A stretch of DNA of 64,000 bases from Monocercomonoides exilis PA203 (lineage: Eukaryota > Protista > Preaxostyla), in NCBI GenBank assembly GCA_001643675.2, contig LSRY02000067.1:186001-250000 (forward strand). Direction: 5' to 3'. How positions within the stretch are numbered: position 1 is the first letter of the stretch; each line of letters starts with the position of its first letter. Shown here piece by piece: positions 52,174 through 64,000 of this stretch. The notes beneath the pieces are model-generated. The model did not search any database, was not told the DNA's origin, and was given only the letters and a program-made list of their open reading frames with translations. A program made the position numbers and the translations under genes.

Positions 52174-53558
52174 ATGGCATGCAATTGTAATTGTACTTGG
52201 ATTCTTGTAAATTGCATTTTTTTTTCAGAATTGTTTTCTGAACTGGAGCATTGCAACAAGGATGAACAGAAACAGAAAATCGGAGAAATAAATGAACATA
52301 TGGAAGAAATGAACGAGGATGAATACGAATTCGTTTTCACAAAAGAACTGTTCAACAAAATGGATGAAATGATTAAAGAAGAGAAATTGTGGATGGACAA
52401 TGCAATTTTACTGCTGAAGCATGTCGGGTATTGGAAAGAAATGAAAAGAATATTGAGCAGCAGCTTTTATCATTCTATATTGAACTCTTTTGTTCAAAAA
52501 ATGATAATTGACGAAAATGAGAAAAAAATAGAGAAGAATGTAAAGCTTTTGGTTGATCTTTGTGAAAGCTATCTTTTATCGAACTCCTGGGCTTCTCAGA
52601 AATTGCTTTCAACTTGCGTGCCTTGCCTTCTTAAAGTTGCTTTGAACAAAGAAGAAAGAGAGGAAATTCAAAAAGAAGTGGAAATGGCTTTGCTGGCTTT
52701 AAGCAATATTCCAGGATATTATGTTTGATTTCTTCTTTTTTTATTTTTGATTTATTAATTTTTTCTAATTTTTTTTTTTAAATATAGGAAGTGATAAGAG
52801 AAGTGTATTTGAATGAAATCAAAGAGGCCATTCAATATCACCAGGAACATTTCAACCTCACTCAACTTGCGTATCAATCAGCTTGGCAGTTTTTGATAAA
52901 CCGATTTGACTGCAATGGAAGGTTGGAAAAAGTTATTGTGAATGAGCTGCATTTTGCGAGAGAAGCAAGAAGAGAAATCGAAGAACTTTCAAAATGCATT
53001 GATTGGAAAAAGAAAGAAAAGATTGAAAAAAAAAGAGTTGAAGCGAAAGAAAAATATGTTTTAATGAGATTGCTTGAAATGCTGAAGTCTTTCTTCTTCT
53101 TCTGCAAGTCACAGAATGAAGAACATGTTGGGCTTATTAGCAGCATTGTTCAGATGTATCGAGCATCAAGGGATAATTACGAAGAAATAAGCAGTCAATG
53201 CACACAAATATTGAAAACTACAGTTGAAAACAAAGCTATAAAAGTTGATTTCTTGTTGAAAGGCGGAGTGATTGATGTTGTTTTAGAGGAGGTTCAGCAA
53301 CCAACAATAGATGTCAAAATGGACATTGATATCATCATGCAAAATCTTAAGCTGTCAAGTCGACTGAAAGAAAAGACTGTTGGCAAAATGGAAGAAGTTA
53401 AAAGAAAAGAGTTGAAAAGAAAAGTGTTTGAAAGTTTGGAAGAAGAAGGATATGAAGACATCATCATTTGCTTTTATGAAACATATAAAAGTCATGACAA
53501 TAAATTTATTTATAAATTTCTGCCTGAAAACTTATCTGATTATTTTGTGTACATCTGA
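52174..53558 (+). CDS. Lineage-expanded helical hypothetical protein, paralogue 1 (one intron; start uncertain)
   Basis: Intron 52723-52787 (gtttga...atag) joins the ORFs in frame; motifs FSELEHC..EQKQKI, QKEVEMALLAL, LAYQSAWQFL, LEEEGYED, LSDYFV. Confidence 0.75.
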
Positions 53559-53867
53559 GTTAATGATTTGATGTTTATTTTGAAACTCCAAATTAAAATC
53601 ATTTTTTCTTTTTTCTTTTTTTTCTTATTCCTTTTCTTCTTTTTTTTTTCCCCATTGATTAATGATTCTTCAAAACTTTGAGAATATGTTATTTCAAAAC
53701 AAAAATATTTTAACTGTATTATTTGTAATTTATCAGAGTATTTTGAAAGTGTTTGGGATAATAAAATTGAATGTTTTAACTCAAAATCTTTTTCTTTTCT
53801 TTTCTTTTCTTTTTTGTATAGCTTCACAACTTAGAAAACTGTAAAAGGAAGAAAAAAAATTTTTTTT

Positions 53868-53908
53868 CTTTCTTTCTCTTTCTCTCTCTCTCTCTCTCTT
53901 TCTTTCTC
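53868..53908 (+). repeat. (TC)n/(TTTC)n microsatellite
   Basis: ctttctttctctttctctctctctctctctctttctttctc. Confidence 0.6.
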
Positions 53909-55577
53909 CATATGAATTATTCTCTCGATCACTCAGAAAACTGTTTGCCGCTCGCCCTTTCTTCTCTTTTCTTTTTCGTCTTCTTCAAATCCACTTTTCT
54001 TGTTAATAACCATTTTTCCTTTTTTCTTGTTCAGTGTTGCATCTTCTCTTATTTTCTCTTCTCTTTTTGAAAGCATTCCAATTTTTGACACCAATTCAAA
54101 GTTTCTAAAATCCTTTTCACATTTTATTCATCCAATTCTGTTAGTTGCATCAAAATTGTGAGTCTTGCCATAAAGTCTTCCAGTTGCATGTTTCCATCAA
54201 ACCATTCTGGAAATGGCAAAGAGTTATGACAAATAACAAAAAAAAGTTGGATGCTTTTTGAATGCGAATGCCCAGCCAGCACATCTGCTCTGATAAAGAT
54301 TCTCTTCTGTCAAACATTCCGAACAAATATACCAAACAAACTGCTTTTCTCTTTTAAGCTTATGTAAAGCATTGTAATGCTGTGGTTCATACAAAACAGA
54401 TGGCAAAAGTCACGAATATCATCGTTGAATACGATGTAAATAAGAATAATCTCAAAACTTCTGAATCTTTTGAAAAAGGATAAAATGGCTTCTCTCTCTT
54501 TGCGGTATTCCTGTTCGTAACCAATCTGTATTCATTCAAAGAACATTTTAAAAGAAAAATGAACAAAACAAAAAAAGTCAAACCATCTTTTTGGTCTTGA
54601 AATATTTTCCCATCTCCAATGGATTGGTAATTGTCTGTCAAACTGGTTTTCTTTTTCTTAGAATCCATTGTGAAGTTGGCTGTGATATCTGATGAAAACA
54701 CATATTCTCCAAATTAACTCCTTTTCAAAACCCAATTCAACGACAAGTCTTTGCTGATAGCATACCAGCATGCTTCGTTCAAAATGCAAACGCGATTGTT
54801 GTAAAGGCTTGTTGAGTGTTTTGCTCAACTCGTTTCCTCCATTGTCCAACCCCCAATTCCCTTTCCTTTTCCACAAAACCAACCTTCTCCCCAAAAACCA
54901 TGTTAAACAAATCCTGCTCAAATGATATGCCAAGTACACTGCACTTCCCTGAAATGACAAAGCGGTTCAATTCAATCTTTCTAGCATTTTAATCGCTTTT
55001 TCTGCATCTTGATTGAATTATTTTTCATCAAAATATCGCAGCCAGCGTTATGCCATATGTTTTGTAATTTATTACCAAGTTCAAATCTCATATAATTTAC
55101 TCACCAATTTACTTTTCGCAAGCAATCGATGCAAACAGCCACTCGCTCCTCCATCTGCAAGAAAAGTACCTGTTCTTCTGCCATGCTATAACTCGTATGG
55201 TTGCATCCGTGGAAGTTAACCTAAGCAGCTCAAACAAACTTTTATCTCAACATATCATCAATCAAAAATATTCACTAATATAATTATATGTTTACCACCC
55301 TTATTTATTTGCACAAAAACAAGATTTTTTAATCCAAAGATTTGCTTGTTTTAATGCAAAAGACATTGATGGAAAATGAAGATTTTTGGACTCGTGTGTT
55401 ATTAGATGTTTGACTTGTTGTTTTCAATTCTTTTATTGTGAGTTTTACACGACAATTCTGATAAACGAATCTATTTGTTGTTTTGGTTTCATTTTGCATT
55501 TTCGCAGTCAACTTCAAAAAGACAAATATTTCTCGGTTTGCCAAAATTTTATGTGAAATAAATGGTAAAATTTATAA

Positions 55578-56949
55578 ATGTGTTTTTTTTTTTTCTCTTT
55601 TGATTTTTCTCTTTTTTTAGAGAAACTTTCACAGCTGGAACTATTCACCGAAGCAGAACAGAAACAAGCAATCGTCGAAATGAATGAAATGATTGATGGA
55701 ATGGATTATTATGAATACAGATGTGTTTTCACAGAAGAACTGTTCAATGAAATAGACAAAATGATTGAAGAAGAGAAACTATCAATGGAAAATGCATTGT
55801 TGTTGCTGAAATGCATTGGATATTGTAAAATTCTTTTTGGATGGTGGAGTTATGGCTTTAATAATTCCTTACTGTTCAGAAGATTTGAGAAAATGATTGT
55901 TGATGAAGATAAGAAAAATGAAGAAAAGAACGATAAGCTTCTTTTTGATCTTTGTGAGTGTTATCTTTCATTGTATTACGAATTCACGGACATTCCAGAA
56001 GAAATAACTGATATTTGTGGGGTAAATCTTATGAAAATTAAACTGAGGAAAGAGGAAAACGAGGAAACACAAAAAGAAATGGAAATGGCTTTGCTAGCTT
56101 TGTGTAATATAAGATTTAATGTGTGAGAAGTTCTTTTTCATTTTTGAAAAATTTTTTTATATTTTTATATTATTTTGTTTTTATTAGTTTTTCGAAAAAG
56201 AACTATATTTGAATGAAGTTACAAAAGTTATTAAGCATCATCAAGAACTCAACAATCTCTCTCAACTTGTCTATCAATCTACTTGGTTATTTTTGATGAA
56301 CAGATTATTCACGGACAAAAGCTTGGAAGAAGTGATAGTGAATGAGCTGCATTTTGAGAGAGAGGCAGCAAGAGAATTAAAAGATCTATCAAAGTGTATT
56401 GATTGGAAAAGAAAAGAAGAGGGAAAAGGAAAAGAAACGAAAGAATTGCTTATTTTCAGGAGATGGCTCGATGTCATTGGTTATTACATTTCCTGGTGCA
56501 AATTGCGAAACTCAGAACCTGATGGACTCGTTGGCTGCCTTGTGGATATATTTCGAGCATCGAGAGAAAATTACAAAGAAATTCACATTAAATGCATATG
56601 TTTGATTCAAAGAGAATCAGGAAGTAATAGATATGTGAAAATTGATGACTTGCTGAAGAAAGGTGCTGTTGATGTATTTTTGGAAGAAATGAAACAACCA
56701 ACATTGAAAGAAGTCATTTGGAATTGTTTGCATTTCTTTTTGGGCATTTCAATAAGATTGAAAGTGAAGACAGATGGTGAAGCTGATGAAAAGGAAAGAA
56801 AGGCAATAAAACGGAGAATATTTAAAAAGATGGAAGAAAATGGATATGAAGATACCATCGCAAGTTTCTTTGGAATATTTAATTTCCTCAACAAAAAACA
56901 TTTTCCAGAAATATCATTGAATATTTCAGATTATTTTGTGAATGTTTGA
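55578..56949 (+). CDS. Lineage-expanded helical hypothetical protein, paralogue 2 (one intron; start uncertain)
   Basis: Intron 56121-56187 at the equivalent position; colinear similarity to 52174-53558. Confidence 0.75.
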
Positions 56950-57374
56950 GAAATTGAAATACATTTCACTTTATAACTCAAAAATCAATGAACTGTGAAA
57001 TTATTTACCAGTTTTCCTAATTCTCCATTATTTTATATTGGAAATTTCAGCTTTGAAAGCCCAGAAGTTTTTTATTGAATGAGTTTAACGAATATTGGAT
57101 TGTTTTTTGAAATTGTAATTTTTTTTCTCAACACACATAGAAAAATTCAACAAGCTTGATTCTTTTGCCTTTCATTTTTTTGTTTCTCATTTTAAATTAT
57201 ATTCTTCAAAACAAATGTTCGTTTTTCTCGAAAATTCTTGGTATTCTTTGAAAAAGCACTTTCATCTATTTTGCAAATCATAATTCCCATTTTTCTTGAG
57301 GGAATGAGTATTCTGCACAAAAAATAACAAAATGGAAATGCAAAAAGATGAAGAGAATGTTAATGCAGATAAAT

Positions 57375-58660
57375 TATAAATACACAAAAAAATCTTGATA
57401 ATCATTTATTAAACGAAAATCACCAAATTCGCTGTGACAAATATTATGGAACAGTCCATTGATGCAATCTTCATATCCGTCTTCTTCCATCCTTTCAAAT
57501 ATCTTTATTTGAATGTCTTTTCTTTCTTTTTCTTCGATTTTTCCTTACTCCTTTCTTTTCAGCCGCTTTGAAATCGCAGATGAAAATCTCAGGCATTCAC
57601 ATGTCATTTCATCACCCAACTTTGTTTTCCGAATCTTCTCCAAAATAACATCGACAGCTACACTTTTCAACAAGTTACCAATTTTCACTGCTTTGTTAAT
57701 CTCTTCTTCTCCAAAACAATAAAGGCATTGCAATTGTATTCCCATGGTATAATATCGAAAAGCACGAAATATATGGGTGATTATTTATTAAATCGTTTCA
57801 TTTTTGGGAGTAGTTGACTTCATATGTTTTGTTTTTTCGAAGAGGAATTTTTTCACACAAATACAAAAATAATGATAATTGTCAAAAACAATGACATTTG
57901 AAATAGTGTAAATGAAAAAATTAACAAAAGAAAGAGTTGTATTTTTTTATCGTTCAATTATCAATATGGGTGATTATTTTTGAAATCATATCTTTTTTCG
58001 GGGTGTTGATTTTTCAAAAATTGTTTTCCTTTGGGAAGAGACTTTGTATTCAAATGCTAATATAATCACAACTATTCCAAAAGCTAATGCATAATCTGAA
58101 ATAAAAATTAAGAGGTCTGGAATTTGTCTGTTCACTTTTCAGTGTTCATTGGTTGACATTTGAAAAAAATTTTCAGTTCGAAAATTTTGAATGAAAAAAT
58201 GTGATTTTAAAAATAATCGCCCATATTCAAAGTGAATTCTCAAATTGAAATTTTTGATTGAGAAAATGTTAGTTCAAAAAAATCACCAGTCCACAAGGCA
58301 GCCAATGAGTCCATCAAGTTCATTTTTTCACAATTTGCATAAGAATAAGCCATAAATAATATCCACCAGTTATTTCCTTCAAATACACATATTTATTCCA
58401 GCGTCTATTAAAAAGTGAGTGGAAAAAAATAAGAAAAGCAAAATGAAAAAGAAATATTAACAAAAAATTTTGGCTAAAGGAAATCGAAGAAAGCAAAGCC
58501 ATTTCCACTTTTTTTTTTAGTCTCATCATTTCACTCTTTTCTCAAAACAACTTTCAGAAGATTTTGCACTCAAATTGAAAGCAAATTCTTTGAAACCCAA
58601 CCGTTGAAAAAATTATAGTTTTCACAAAGATCAGCAATAAATTATTCGTTGTTAACATCA
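57375..58660 (-). pseudogene. Third, decayed paralogue of the same family, interrupted by MITEs
   Basis: KKVEMALLSSI (~58510), AVKIGNLLKSVAVDVILEK (~57650), MEEDGYED (~57480); frameshifts and GGG-type MITE insertions at ~57775-58222. Confidence 0.6.
57968..58222. mobile_element. 255-bp MITE, GGG...CCC termini, ATAT flanks
   Basis: atat|gggtgattattttt ... aaaaataatcgccc|atat. Confidence 0.75.
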
Positions 58661-60422
58661 TTTGGGTGATTTTTTTGATGTGGGTGATTTTTTTTGAAAT
58701 CATAAAAAATAACGAAGTTTGATCATAAAAAATTTTCATAAAGGGTGAGGTTGAAAAGATTAATTTTTTTTGAAATTGCATGAAAATATTGATCGATATA
58801 TTATAATTATTAATTATTTGTTGATTTTAATTTGTTTCCAATCGTTTTTATTTCAAATATCGAGAAATAAAAATAATTTCTAAAAAAAAAACGAAAATTC
58901 GATAAACCTAATAAAACATTAGTTAACTGGTTTATAAAACAAAAAAACAATAATAACAATAAGTTGTCAATCAATTTTTTATATAAAAATTAATTTTTTG
59001 ATGTTATTGCAAAGAAATTTTTAAATTAATTTTGAAGATCATAAAACATTTGTTGAATTTTATCAATTCATATTAACACTTACGCAAAAATATAATAGTA
59101 ACATAAGACACTCATCAAGTTATCAACTGTTTGTTGATAAATTTGTTTGCAAACAAATAATCTTAGAAATATTTAATTATTATCTAAATATCAAACAAAG
59201 TTTTAGATAAATAAAGAAAATATTAAAAAATGAAAAGAAACTCGTCAATTTTTGCTTTTTCCACTAATAAAGCTTTTATCGCACGAACATCTTCATTTTA
59301 TCTTCCTCTCTTTGTTTCTCCTCTGATTCTCTCTATCTCCTTCTCATCAATAATATGTCATCCAGTTATCTGCCTCCTTCGATGCTCTGTTTTTGTCCGC
59401 CTGTTCGTTTTGAGAACAGATTGGTTAATAACCAGTTTCACATGAAAGGATATGAACAACAAAATGGTGCATGAATATAAAGCGCTGAACCATTGTTCTA
59501 GTATCCTTGTAGCGCCCATTTCTCCATATCGCTTCTGCATCCCCTTCCGCGGAACTCGCATCCCTCCGTTCACTTTCTCTTTGCTCGCTGGAGTTGACGT
59601 TGTGTCCATCTGCCCGTCTGTTCTGGCTGACTCCGATGATTTTGGGCTACCTGCTCCAGGATCCAGAAAAGTCTTCGCTTTGGACTCTGCCTGCGTCACC
59701 TTTCACCGCGCTCACCAGATATTCGTTAACCAGCACACTGGCTTCTCTTTCCATCAGTGCGGCTCCCCGCTTTCCTCCGCGCTTCTCTCTCCACAGTCGT
59801 CCACCACATCTCCCCTTCCATCGGCAACATCCTCTGGATCTGATGCTCCTCCTTCTTCGACGCCCCGACCTCCCTTGCAAACATCCGATCCGAGTTCGTA
59901 CAGTAGAGTCTTATTCTTGTTCTTTTAAACATTATCAGTTGGCTACAGATGCATTTCTCAATGGCTGTATCATCCTTAAAGTTATTCCTCCCTCTATTTC
60001 TCCCTTCGCATCCCTCCTCTTTTCTCTTTCTTTCCATCCTTTCCTTCTTCCTTCTCTCCTTCTCTCTCATCCTCCTTGCCCAGATCTCATCCTCTCTCAT
60101 TTCCAGTACTTTCATTCCTTTCTCAGTTAACCTCAGCTCCGGAGGGCATTTCAGTATGAGGCCAAAATCCCTTCTTCTTCATAGCACACAAGCTTCTCAA
60201 TGCACCATCCATCAACAGGCAGAAGCAATACGTTGTCTTCCATTGTGCTTCTCCGCCGGCATGTCTCAGCACATCCGACCCAGTGGTGGAGAAGAGAAGG
60301 AAGTGTGAAATGGAGCGAGCACTGTATTTCTTGAAGAACAGAAGAAGAAGAGGAAGATGAAGAAAACGAAGAAGAAGAAGAATATATAACTGAGTCTGAA
60401 TGTGGAGACGATGTTGAAATAG

Positions 60423-63400
60423 TCAGACGAATTTATACTGAAGAAGATGGAAATAATTTTCCATCTGGTTTAGAAAAGGCTTTTGATGAGAAGTGATGAT
60501 ACCATTTGGCTGATTTTCTGCATCATCTTCGTTTCCCTCATGTGTCGTTTCAGGAGAACTGTGAGTTTCTGCTATTTTGGCTTCAATTTCGCTTTTTTTT
60601 TCATTTTCATTTCCTTTCTCAGATTTCTTTTTTGAAGAAATAGAATGGGAGAGCAGGATTGATGAAAATGGAGAAGAGGACAATGAAGATGAAGATGGAT
60701 ATGAAAAAGCAGTGGAAGAAGATGACATCAAAGAAGAAGGTGATCGAGACGAGTTCCGCTTCTAACTTGCTTCCGGCTTCCTCTTTTGTTTTTTGAATTC
60801 AGCTGCATTTTGCGTGAGAGTTGAGAATGGATATATTATAGAGATCGGTTTGAGGGTGTTGCTGCTGTGTTTTTTATTTTTTTTTAATTTTTTTATTTTA
60901 TTTTATTTTATTTTTTTTTTTTTTTTGATTGTGTGTGAGTGGTTGGCAGCAATGAAGAAATTGTTTGAAAACAGATGCATTTTGAGAGAATGATAAGGAA
61001 GATAAACCAGAAGATGAAGAAAAAATAAATGATGATGATGTAGCTGTAATAGCTTTTGAATGAAGAGATATGGCCGATACTGATGATCTGGGTTTTGAAT
61101 GAGATGACTTTGAGGAATGAGTTTGTAAAAAATGCAAAGAAGAGGAGGATGAAGAAGCAAAAGTGTTTGGAGTTGACAGAGAAGGATGTGGAACTTCAAT
61201 TTCACTTCTCTAAGCAGAAGAATCCGAAGAAGGAGGAGAAGAGGAAGAAGCTTCTTTCATGCTTTTTTTGCTGTGTTTGACGATTATCTTGTGAAATACA
61301 AAGAAAACTTACAAATAGTGAGTTTTTCTTATAAGGATCAGAAGAAGAAAAATAATAAGTTTTGAAATCGAACATCTTAAAACGCATTCGCATTTTCACT
61401 TCGCTTTGGCTCCGAATGTTTTTGTTTTTTTTTGGAACATAATTTTCATTTTGCTTTTCTTTTTATTCTTCTTTTGATGTTCTTTTGAAGGAGACATGTT
61501 TTCTGAAATATTATCTTCTCCTTTTTCTATAGACAGAAATGTGATTTTATTCTGAATGACATCTGCAAAGCTTCCATATTGAACAGCTTGCCAGAAAAAA
61601 TTATTGATCTTTTCGAATCGACAGCGCCTTCATTATCCAAACAAATGGAGGCGATTCGAAATGCTCCTTCATCAACACCTTCCTCTTGTTCACTTCGCTT
61701 TTGAAGTTCGATTCGCTTTTCTGAATTTTCTTCTTCTTCAAATACGAGACAAACGCATTTCTCTTCTTCTCAGCCTTCTCCAGCGCTTTCCTCTGCTCGT
61801 CTTCGAGCTTTTCCCGCTCTTTCTCTGAGTTCTCATTCTCTTCCTCCAGCTGCTCCTTTGTCTCCTTCTCTGCCTCTTCCTTCTGTATCTTCTCTATCTT
61901 CCACTGTGTCGCTTTCTCTTTCTCAATTCTATCGATGCGGCTTGGAATAGCCGACTATATAGGTTCAGGAAAGCACAATGACGAAGAAGAAACGGGATGC
62001 TAAATTTGATTGGTGAAAGTTGGGGTATTGGTGGAAAAAGGAGATATAGATAACTTTGAAAAAGGAGGTGAAAGTGATGGTGTTGAAGGAGGTAAAGCAT
62101 TATCAATATGATTGTAATCAGATGGAATTTGTGAGGATAGAGAAGAAGAAGATAAGATGATTATAAAGAAGAGGAGAAAGGAGAAGAAGAGAATGATGCT
62201 GATGTAGTTGGCTGAGGAGTTGATTGAAGAGTATGATTTGGTCCATTTAACGTTGTGTTAATAGCATTTTGCTGGTTAAAAGGCAAGTTTTTCATTCTTT
62301 CTGCTTCTCTTTCTCTTTCTTCTCTCAGCTTCCTTTCTTTTATTCACCTCAATCTTTCATCAAATTTCTGTCTCACCTTCATTCATTGCTCCTTTCACCA
62401 CATCCACATCTTTCATTTCCTCCTCAAACAACTTGTCATCTGCACGCGCAATATCACCAGCTGACATCAGAGTCAGTATCCTTTCATGTGTCAGCAACGA
62501 ATACAGCGAAAGAAAATCTGTATTCTTTTTCTCCTCTTTCCTCCTCTTCATCCCTACCAATGAAGCATGAATTCCGCTTCGTGGATCCTTTGCGTATTTG
62601 TTGGAACTTTGTGGAGGGATCAATAAAGAAATCTGAGGGATAGACAAAGCAGAGGATGATGATTGAGAAACAGATGGGGTCAAAGCTTTGTTAGCAGTTG
62701 TATTCTTTGACATAAAGAAATCATCATCTTCTTCTTGAAGCAGAACCATGTTATCTTTGCTGCATTTCTTCCTTCAACCTGCCATGTTTTTTTGTCTTTT
62801 CCTTTGGATCACTGAAAAACGTTTTGAAGCGCTGTGAATAAGAAGAAAATGATCATGAAATCACTGAATATGTGTCACGAGCATGCCTATCTTTCAACGA
62901 AGCTGATTTCGACACTTCAGACTCACTTCCGTTCAAAACACTCTGCTCGCTTTTCCTTCTCTCTTCTTCCTCTTTGTCTTCGACAATAAATTGCCCCTTT
63001 CCTCTTATATTTTTCCTCATTGCATTCTCCCCTGCTGCTTCTGCTTCCTGCTTTTTGACAATTGAACATTAAAACTCTTTCTCTGAAACGACTTTTCTAG
63101 ACAATTGTTATTCTTCGAAGTATAAAACTCTAAATGATGTTCTGCTTCCATCAAATGACTCCAAATGGATCATTCTATCAACTTTTCTATTTGAAGTTCC
63201 ATCTTTCTCTATCTTTTAATATTTCTCATGTTCAATTCTTTTCCCTCTTTCTCTTCCTCTTTCATTCATTTGTTCATTCTCGTTCATATTCTTCATTTTC
63301 TTCCTGTTGACCTCTTTTTCTTTTCTTCCCAGCATCTGCCTGAAGAACTCCGTTTCAAACAAAAGGGCATCCGCATAACAGAAGAACGATGGATGGAAAA

Positions 63401-64000
63401 GCGGTGTTAACGAAGGAGAAGAACACATCAGAGTGAATTGGTGAGTGTGTGGGTGTGTTATAAAAAGAAGGCGCGCGTTTTGATGAGTGAGGGAGTTGAG
63501 AAAGAGGCAGCAGAGACAAGGGTGGAGTCGTGAGATAGAAAGCAGAGAGGAAGAAGAGAGAGGAAAATGAATTGTTTGTGTGATTGAACTGAGGCATGGC
63601 TCACTGGCGTCAAAGGAAGTTTTCACAGAGGAAGCTGAAGAAGATGTAAATAAAGATGTTGCTGTTGGGTTTGGAAAAATAGAAGCAGAACTTGATGATG
63701 ATGAAAAGAAAGAAGATTCATTTAAAGTCATTTCAAATGTTGTTGTTTGAGCATTTGCTGCTTGATAAATCTGTTTGTTTTTGTGGAAATACGGATGAAT
63801 AGCGATTGTGGGGACGATCATTCCTCCTCTCTCTTTCCTCTCCCGCTCTTCTTCTGCCCTTTCTTCTTCAAAGTCATCCAAGTCCAAAATGTCGTATCGA
63901 GTGCCTGAAACATCATAGCTCAGTTCGTTGAGCCTTCCTTCTCCCCCAAAAGACGATGCAGAAACCGGAGAATGGCGCACCAGCGAAGAACGAGGCGATG
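60423..64000 (-). CDS. Fragmented low-complexity hypothetical gene(s), begins beyond the window end
   Basis: Series of S/E/K-rich minus-strand ORFs (63216-63980, 62360-62749, 60423-60731) with frameshifts or introns; no domain recognised. Confidence 0.35.

Noticed and set aside
54150-55544. Possible decayed transposase
   Set aside because: No DDE or other motif could be supported.
59230-60308. Overlapping ORFs, possible retroelement relic
   Set aside because: No diagnostic motif; strand and identity unresolved.

Overview
AT-rich eukaryotic genomic DNA with short spliceosomal introns and the standard genetic code. Gene families and composition strongly resemble the oxymonad Monocercomonoides (inference from recognised family signatures, not a database search). 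1-17 kb is genic: an intron-containing Ser/Thr kinase (-, runs off the window), a head-to-head 8-exon kinesin-3 with an FHA-like domain and a C-terminal CaaX box, histone H2A, and a ~2,900-codon receptor-like gene (GGAI/Cys-rich ectodomain, one TM helix, degenerate kinase) broken by one TAG and one frameshift. 17-47 kb is a dense, nested transposon graveyard: two long foldback inverted repeats, decayed Tc1/IS630-, ISL2EU/Harbinger- and pogo-type transposases, two DIRS-like tyrosine-recombinase retroelements, several MITE families with readable TSDs, and a decayed USP-like protease. The standout is a 5.3-kb non-autonomous TIR element (465-bp arms, 8-bp TSD CTGTCAGA). It carries ~3.4 kb of a host surface-protein gene and is inserted cleanly into the RT-RNase H frame of a DIRS element, i.e. 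a Pack-type gene-fragment-capturing transposon. 47-64 kb holds low-complexity hypothetical genes and three paralogues of a lineage-expanded family. All coordinates and identities were read by eye.
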